From Cyanobacteria bacterium QS_4_48_99 (GTDB lineage Bacteria; Cyanobacteriota; Cyanobacteriia; Cyanobacteriales; Rubidibacteraceae), in assembly GCA_003021505.1 (NCBI GenBank), contig PXPT01000182.1:531-64530 (forward strand): 64,000 nt of DNA, read 5' to 3'. Made by a program: the position numbers and the translations under genes. This document shows positions 58,456 to 64,000 of this stretch, in pieces. A model generated the notes under the pieces. The model ran no database searches and was not told where the DNA came from. It saw only the letters and a program-made list of their open reading frames with translations. Position 1 is the stretch's first letter; the number at the start of each line of letters is the position of its first letter.

Positions 58456-59808
58456 CTAACCCATCCAAATCTTGACAACTTTCCCTGTCAGCTCTTTCCC
58501 GAACCAAGGGGTATTTGCACTGGCAGAATGGAGCGTATTTCTCTGTACTATCCAGTTTTTTTGAGGGTCAAACAAAACTAATTCTGCTGTTTTCCCGACT
58601 GCACAACTTGTTGGTTTTTGCTGTAAACACTTTTGAGGTGCGATACTCAAAGCTCGCCACAACTGGAGGGCTGACCATTCTCCAGTTTCGACAAATGTTT
58701 GCCACAGTAACGGAAGCGCTAACTCTAAACCAATCGCCCCTGGTGGTGCATCGGCAAAGGCAACCGTTTTCTCTTCGTAGGTGTAGGGAGTGTGGTCAAC
58801 TGTAATCGTATCAATTACCCCATGTTTCACTCCCTCACTTAATGCTAGCTGGTCCGCGCGATCGCCTAAAGGTGGCTCCAAGCGCAAGTTGGGGTCATAA
58901 CTGCCCACCGCCTCTGCGTTTAAGAGTAAATGCATCCAGGTAGTACTTGCTGTCACAGGCAATCCTCGCGCCTTGGCATCAGCAATTAGTTCCACCCCAC
59001 GGGCAGTGGAAATTCGCATTAGATGCACAGGCGTTCTCGTTGCTGCCACCACCTCTAATAAAGCTGCAAGCGCTGCCGATTCCGACATTGTCGGATCTCC
59101 TGGTAATCCAGAGCGAAGCGATCGCACTCCCTCTCGCATCACCCCATTTCCTCGGAGATCACTCTCAGCCGCCACGAGTGCCACGGGCTTTTCCAAAGGC
59201 GCGAGGTATTCCAACAACCGCCGCAGCAACCCTAGATTTTCCACTGGATGCCCATCAGCAAAGCCGATTACTCCTGCTGTCGCTAATTCTGCCAGTTCAG
59301 TCATCTGCTCCCCCTTCACTCCTAGAGTGAGTGCCCCCCAGAAGTGGAGGTGCGGAGGGTGGGGAAGTGAGGAGTGAGGAGTGAGGAGTGAGGAGGTGCC
59401 CAGGTGCCCAGGTGCAAAGGAGAAGGACTGATCTGTTTTCCCCTCTGCTTCCCCTGCTCCTCTGCTCCTCTGCTGCAACCAAGCCAAACTGCCCGGATTA
59501 TCCACAGGTGGCACAGTATCGGGCAAAATCCCTAAGCGAGTAAAGCCTCCGGCGGCTGCGGCTGCTACCAGTGTTGAGAGGGTTTCTCGATCCTCATTCC
59601 CTGGCTCTGAGTTATGGCTGTATAAGTCTACAAGCCCAGGTGCTAGCACTAATCCCTGGCAATCCAGTGCTGCTGCTTCCTGCGGAATATCTCTCAATGG
59701 GCTTCCAATGGCTTTAATTTCACCCTCAGCAATCAAAACATCGGAGATTTCATCCGTCTCAGAAACCGGATCTAACACCCTCACTCGTTGTAAGAGTTCC
59801 ATAGTCAT
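58456..59808 (-). CDS. dihydroorotase-like amidohydrolase (type I / PyrC'-like, degenerate metal site) carrying an in-frame repeat insertion
   Basis: The protein aligns by eye to type I DHOase blocks, but DLYSHNSEPG replaces D.H.H.REPG. Other blocks are GGFTRLGILPDT, VHLMRIST and VDHTPYTYEEK. The ATG at 59808 (MTMELLQRVRVLDP) is preferred. Confidence 0.75.
   Translation of the reverse strand: MTMELLQRVRVLDPVSETDEISDVLIAEGEIKAIGSPLRDIPQEAAALDCQGLVLAPGLVDLYSHNSEPGNEDRETLSTLVAAAAAGGFTRLGILPDTVPPVDNPGSLAWLQQRSRGAGEAEGKTDQSFSFAPGHLGTSSLLTPHSSLPHPPHLHFWGALTLGVKGEQMTELAELATAGVIGFADGHPVENLGLLRRLLEYLAPLEKPVALVAAESDLRGNGVMREGVRSLRSGLPGDPTMSESAALAALLEVVAATRTPVHLMRISTARGVELIADAKARGLPVTASTTWMHLLLNAEAVGSYDPNLRLEPPLGDRADQLALSEGVKHGVIDTITVDHTPYTYEEKTVAFADAPPGAIGLELALPLLWQTFVETGEWSALQLWRALSIAPQKCLQQKPTSCAVGKTAELVLFDPQKNWIVQRNTLHSASANTPWFGKELTGKVVKIWMG
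59341..59473. repeat. composite repeat embedded in-frame in the pyrC-like gene
   Basis: 'gaagtggaggtgcggagggtggggaagtgaggagtgaggagtgaggagtgaggaggtgcccaggtgcccaggtgc...cccctctgcttcccctgctcctctgctcctctgc'. Confidence 0.78.
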
Positions 59809-60080
59809 GGTTGACACTCTCCTACCTGAAGGAAGGAGATTCTCGCTTCTACGGGAGAATCTAGAAAGCACGGAACTGAATCCAGACACTTTCCCCGATC
59901 TCAAAACCGCTCAGCGATCTTTCTTCGGGACAGCCCGTCCCTACTAAGAAGTAATCATATCACAGAGCTTCCTAACGGAAGGGGCCTTAGACCTATGATT
60001 TTTGGGTAACTAGCTGTTGGCTAGTGGCAATTATCGACTAGCAACTCGCAACTAGGAAGCCATCATATCCAAGGGAAAAA

Positions 60081-60170
60081 GAAGGATGAATGATGAAGGA
60101 TGAATAACTTTTCATACTTGCTTGATAATTCCTTGATCTCCTCTGCACCTCCGCACCTCTGCTCCTCTGC
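60081..60170. repeat. STRR-like arrays (GAAGGAT/GAATGAT ... CCTCTGC/CCTCCGC)
   Basis: 'gaaggatgaatgatgaaggatgaat' ... 'ctcctctgcacctccgcacctctgctcctctgc'. Confidence 0.65.
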
Positions 60171-60812
60171 TTATTTTACAGGTGGCTGTAGAGAGCGTTG
60201 CAGGAGACTAAGACTCACTTCTGCAATCAGTGCTAGTAGGGCGACCGGAATTGCACCCACCAGGAGAATCGCATTGTCGTATAAGGAAAAGCCTAGAACA
60301 ATAAAAGAGCCTAATCCCCCAGCCCCAATAAAGGCAGCAAGGGTAGCAGAGGCGATCGCTTCTACGGTTGAGGTTTTGATACCAGCGACAATTACAGGCA
60401 TTGCCAAGGGAATCTCGATTTTCCGCAGAATTTGTCCAGGTGCCATTCCCATTCCCTTCGCCGCTTCGAGAATAGCAGGATTAATGCTGCGAAAGGCAAC
60501 ATCAGTGCTAATTAGAATGGGTGGCATGACTAAAATAGTTAGCGCGATCGCAGCCGCTTGAAATGTCAATCCCAAGTAAGGGATCGTAACAAATAATACT
60601 GCCAAACTGGGAATTACTCGGAAGCTATTAAAACCGTTAATCAATAAAGTTGAGGCTGAGCGGGAACGAGAGCTGACTAATCCCAACGGCAACCCCGCCA
60701 GAACACCAATCCCCACTGGAACTGCTACCAGCAGCAAATGCTCCCCAAGTGCCGAAATCAGTTCCTCGGAATTTTCGACAGCATATTTAAAGGCTTCAAT
60801 AAAGACCTTCAC
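60171..60812 (-). CDS. ABC transporter permease (osmoprotectant/OpuBB-ProW-like, BPD_transp_1)
   Basis: 213 aa with ~5 TM segments and an EAAKGMGMAPGQILRKIEIPLA (EAA loop) motif. Confidence 0.82.
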   Translation of the reverse strand: MKVFIEAFKYAVENSEELISALGEHLLLVAVPVGIGVLAGLPLGLVSSRSRSASTLLINGFNSFRVIPSLAVLFVTIPYLGLTFQAAAIALTILVMPPILISTDVAFRSINPAILEAAKGMGMAPGQILRKIEIPLAMPVIVAGIKTSTVEAIASATLAAFIGAGGLGSFIVLGFSLYDNAILLVGAIPVALLALIAEVSLSLLQRSLQPPVK

Positions 60813-60859
60813 TGTCGATAGTTAGCTAATTCTAAAATTCCTCAACGACTCCTAATGTC

Positions 60860-61693
60860 CTACTTTGATTTGCAAACGCTGATTTGAGCATAATTACCCA
60901 AATAAACGGACGACTTTGGGTATTTGAGGTCAAGCCATCGGATTGCCTTCCATAGCTGCTTGCCGATCCCCTTGTATTCACTGGTGCGTTGATTAAAAGC
61001 TGTCGTCGGTAAACTGTAAGTCATCATTTCCACATTACCCCAGCTTGCAAGTTGTTGTTGCATCCAGCGCAGCGGCATTGGTTTGTACGGCAAGGGTGGC
61101 TGAGGTCGCAGTTTGTCTGCAACCTGCCCCACAAAGGGCGTATCGGCGATTAGGCGTTTGAGGAGTCGAACTGGAAAGAGTAAGGGGCGAGGGTTAACAA
61201 CAATGAAAACTGCGGTTCCGCCCGGCTTAATCACTCGCATAACTTCTTGGAAGGCAGCCGCTTGTGATGCTGTCTCGGCGATATGGTAAATCATATGAGC
61301 GCAGTAGGCAGCATCAAATCTCCCATCCTCAAACGGGAGATTACAGACATCGGCAGCCTTCAACTGGTGAGGTACTCCGGCGGTGCTGAGCTTCGATTCA
61401 GCCATTTCAAGCCCAGTTTCGGAAAAATCAACACCAGTGTAGTCCGAGCAAAGGTCAAGCAGGCTCTGTTCCGGGTTGCCCCCGCAGCCGCATTCCAATA
61501 AGCTCAGATTAGTACCAGCCCGAGAGAGAGCATTGCGAACCCGCTCAAGATGAACCTCGTGGAGTTCGATTCTGATCGGACCGTCTTCATGCACGCCAAA
61601 CAAGTAGGGATCAACGGCTCTGCCATCACGTTCTTTCCATCCCAGTTGGTCATAGAAAAGTTTTGTTGCTTCGGTACCAGTATGCTTGGACAT
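60860..61693 (-). CDS. class I SAM-dependent methyltransferase
   Basis: LLECGCGGNP (motif I), LPFEDGRFDAAYCAHMIYH and IKPGGTAVF. Confidence 0.8.
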   Translation of the reverse strand: MSKHTGTEATKLFYDQLGWKERDGRAVDPYLFGVHEDGPIRIELHEVHLERVRNALSRAGTNLSLLECGCGGNPEQSLLDLCSDYTGVDFSETGLEMAESKLSTAGVPHQLKAADVCNLPFEDGRFDAAYCAHMIYHIAETASQAAAFQEVMRVIKPGGTAVFIVVNPRPLLFPVRLLKRLIADTPFVGQVADKLRPQPPLPYKPMPLRWMQQQLASWGNVEMMTYSLPTTAFNQRTSEYKGIGKQLWKAIRWLDLKYPKSSVYLGNYAQISVCKSK

Positions 61694-61782
61694 ATTGCCA
61701 CTCGCAAGTTAGAGTTGTGGACTTTGACTGTAAGTATAAATTGCATTGACTGGTTTAGTCTTTATAAAAATCTAAAGTTTTA

Positions 61783-63288
61783 TTAGTCTCCCCTGCTCTG
61801 CTGCTTCCCATCTTTCCATTTAGTTGATGACTCAGCCGCCCTACGAGTCTTGGGTTGACTCACTTCATATTGAGAAGGCACAATTTCCAACTGGCGAGGC
61901 TTTGCTTTTGTGCCTGGTTGGGCTGTGCCCCGCCTGCGCTCGGAGGTACGTTCTTCGCTAGTATCCTCTGCGATCACTTCATAGAGCGTAGCTCGTTTAT
62001 TTTTGTCCGTCCCTTTGCGTAGCACTCTGCCTAGTCGCTGGATGTACTCGCGGCTCGAACCAGTTCCTGACAAAATAATGGCAACGCGAGCATCGGGCAC
62101 GTCAACTCCTTCGTTGAGAACATGAGAAGCAACGAGGATATTATATTTTCGCTCATGAAAACGGGTGAGGATGTCGTGACGCTCTTTTACTGGTGTTTGG
62201 TGAGTAATGGCAGGGATGAGAAATTCCTGGGAAATGCGATAAACGGTGGCATTGTCGTTGGTGAAGATGAGGATGGGTTCTGGATAATGTTGTGAGAGTA
62301 AGTCAGCCAGCACCCGCAGCTTCCCGTCTGTACCCAATGCAATTTCTTTGGCTTCTCGGTGTGCCAACATAGCGCGTCGTCCTTTTTGAGAACGGGCACT
62401 AGCCTGTACAAAGTGCTGCCATCCTTCCAGGCTACCGAGGGAAATATGGGCTTCGCGTAAAAACTGGTTGCGGGTTTGAATTGCCTGCTGGTATTTCTCC
62501 CGTTCTTGTTGCGAGAGCTTCACTTTAATCGGTACGATTTCGTGCTGAGCTAAGGTATGCCCTGAGAGTTCTTGGGCGGTTTTGCGATAGACTATATTGC
62601 CAATGAGAGCGCCGAGATCTCGCTCTAATCCATCGGAACGCTCTGGTGTGGCGGTGAGTCCTAAGCGGTAGGGTGCGATCGCACACTCGGCGACAGCGCG
62701 GTAAAATTCGGTAGGCAAGTGGTGACACTCATCAAACACCAATAGAGCGTACTGATTTCCTAGGGTTTCGGCATGAATGGCAGCGCTGTCATAGGTTGAG
62801 ATTAGGATAGAGGTGCGATCGCGCGAACCTCCCCCCAGCAACCCCACCTCTGCATCGGGAAACATTGCCTCCATCTGAGCATACCACTGGTGCATCAAAT
62901 CCAGGGTTGGGACAAGAATAAGGGTACTGCGAGGCGTGGAAGCGATCGCCAGTTGGGCTAAATAAGTTTTCCCCGCCGCCGTGGGCAGCACCACCACGCC
63001 TTGGCGCCCTGCCTGCTTCCACCGCAGCAAGGCCTCACTTTGATGGGGATAAGGCTCTCTTTCCCAACTGGGGAGAAGTTCCAGGGAGCTAAATTCCCCT
63101 GCCTCGTCAATAAAGTGAGCCGCTTCCCCTTGCAGTGCCTCGACTAGCGGACGGTAATGTATTGCCTGGATGCGAAACTTTTCCACGCGATCGTCCCATA
63201 TCGCATAATCCACCCAGGCTTTTCCCTTAGGAGGAGGATGTAAGGTTAAAGTTCCTCGGTCAAATTGTAGCTTCGAGGTTCGAGCCAT
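61783..63288 (-). CDS. XPB/Rad25(ERCC3)-like superfamily-2 DNA helicase
   Basis: An N-terminal 'LQFDRGTLTL' damage-recognition-like domain, then VLPTAAGKT (motif I), FDECHHL (motif II), TATP, and the C-terminal helicase motif QRLGRVLR. Confidence 0.85.
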   Translation of the reverse strand: MARTSKLQFDRGTLTLHPPPKGKAWVDYAIWDDRVEKFRIQAIHYRPLVEALQGEAAHFIDEAGEFSSLELLPSWEREPYPHQSEALLRWKQAGRQGVVVLPTAAGKTYLAQLAIASTPRSTLILVPTLDLMHQWYAQMEAMFPDAEVGLLGGGSRDRTSILISTYDSAAIHAETLGNQYALLVFDECHHLPTEFYRAVAECAIAPYRLGLTATPERSDGLERDLGALIGNIVYRKTAQELSGHTLAQHEIVPIKVKLSQQEREKYQQAIQTRNQFLREAHISLGSLEGWQHFVQASARSQKGRRAMLAHREAKEIALGTDGKLRVLADLLSQHYPEPILIFTNDNATVYRISQEFLIPAITHQTPVKERHDILTRFHERKYNILVASHVLNEGVDVPDARVAIILSGTGSSREYIQRLGRVLRKGTDKNKRATLYEVIAEDTSEERTSERRRGTAQPGTKAKPRQLEIVPSQYEVSQPKTRRAAESSTKWKDGKQQSRGD

Positions 63289-63340
63289 CGCTGTATCAAA
63301 TACTCTCTCGCTACGATAATTTTAAGGCTTTACCTTGTCA

Positions 63341-63462
63341 GGGCGAGAAGAGCGAGGGACAGAAGAAGTGAGAGCGTGAGAGCGTGAGAAAGTTGGCATA
63401 GGAATAAGATTTTCTCTCAAACAAGCCAACCCATCACTCCTCACCCCTCCCTCCTCACTCAT
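63341..63462. repeat. composite hairpin repeat with a conserved core, inverted orientation
   Basis: 'gaagtgagagcgtgagagcgtgagaaagttggcataggaataagattttctctcaaacaagccaacccatcactcctcacccctccctcctcac' is the reverse complement of the 45547/47252-type core. Confidence 0.78.
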
Positions 63463-64000
63463 CCCTTAATCCATTCCACTGCTGCCGCTAAATCGGCTGC
63501 CACATAATCCGGTTGCGTTGGGTGCTGGTAGTTGCCTGCGAGAACCTCTTGACCATAGCCCGTTTGAACTAAAATCCCCTTTGCACCTGCATTGTGTGCT
63601 AGATCGATGTCGGTGGCTTTATCGCCGACGACAAAACTCTGCCTGAGATCGAGGTCATGTTCCCAGGCAGCAGCAACTAACATACCTGTATTGGGCTTGC
63701 GCCAAGTACTCCAGCGAGTCAATTCTGGGTTGGTGCCCCCTGCTGAAGGACTCAGATAGGGGCAATAGTAAATCGCATCTAGCTGCGCCCCGGCTTCTGT
63801 TTGCAGAAGCTGGCAGAGACGCTGGTGAAGGTCATCCACATGGGAGATGGGATAATAACCTCTGGCTGGTCCTGATTGGTTAGAAACCAGACAGCAAAAT
63901 ATTTGCTGCTCATTGAGTTGGCGAACTGCTTGAGCAGCACCCGGTATGAGGTGTAAGTCTTCCACGTTGTAGAGATAACCGGCTTCCACATTCAAAACGC
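63459..64000 (-). CDS. HAD-IIIA phosphatase, GmhB (D,D-heptose 1,7-bisphosphate phosphatase)-like; the N-terminus lies beyond the window
   Basis: VSNQSGPARGYY and VVGDKATDIDLAHNAGAKGILV motifs. The DxD motif is expected upstream of the window edge. Confidence 0.72.
   Translation of the reverse strand, partial: VLNVEAGYLYNVEDLHLIPGAAQAVRQLNEQQIFCCLVSNQSGPARGYYPISHVDDLHQRLCQLLQTEAGAQLDAIYYCPYLSPSAGGTNPELTRWSTWRKPNTGMLVAAAWEHDLDLRQSFVVGDKATDIDLAHNAGAKGILVQTGYGQEVLAGNYQHPTQPDYVAADLAAAVEWIKG

Overview
This is cyanobacterial chromosomal DNA. It has many HIP1 GCGATCGC octamers, the photosynthesis genes psaC and apcF, a CpcS-type bilin lyase and a canonical NtcA-type glnA promoter. I call about 57 protein genes, nearly all core housekeeping:
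- Central metabolism and biosynthesis: argH, pgl, glnA, glmS, purH, an asparaginase and an aldehyde dehydrogenase.
- Translation, RNA and secretion: ftsY, nusB, pnp, fmt, rsfS-yqeK and relA/spoT.
- Transport: modA-modBC and several other ABC components.
- Helicases: one SNF2 type and one XPB type.

The window holds one RNA gene, an initiator-type tRNA-Met(CAT), and no rRNA or CRISPR array. Mobile DNA is present only as decayed fragments: an IS630-type transposase tail at the left edge, and an IS630 plus Rpn-like graveyard next to the tRNA.

I did not find a convincing new multi-gene system. The unusual signals are these:
1. A pervasive family of STRR-like heptamer/octamer repeat modules fills most intergenic spacers as long imperfect hairpins, some sharing a conserved ~50-nt core. 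These modules also sit in-frame inside at least five essential-looking genes (SNF2 helicase, PyrC-like, fused ABC ATPase, modBC, ftsY). They supply the C-terminal tails or stop codons of several others.
2. An orphan HNH-motif protein with a membrane-like C-terminal half lies in an AT-rich islet. It follows a near-consensus promoter, a leaderless-looking ATG and an apparent -1 frame change.
3. A decayed second copy of the fmt 3' end lies ~500 bp downstream of the intact gene.
4. A cytoplasmic BNR-repeat gene overlaps modA at the head of the mod operon, opposite a Cys-rich HTH regulator.

All repeat boundaries are approximate and were judged by eye.
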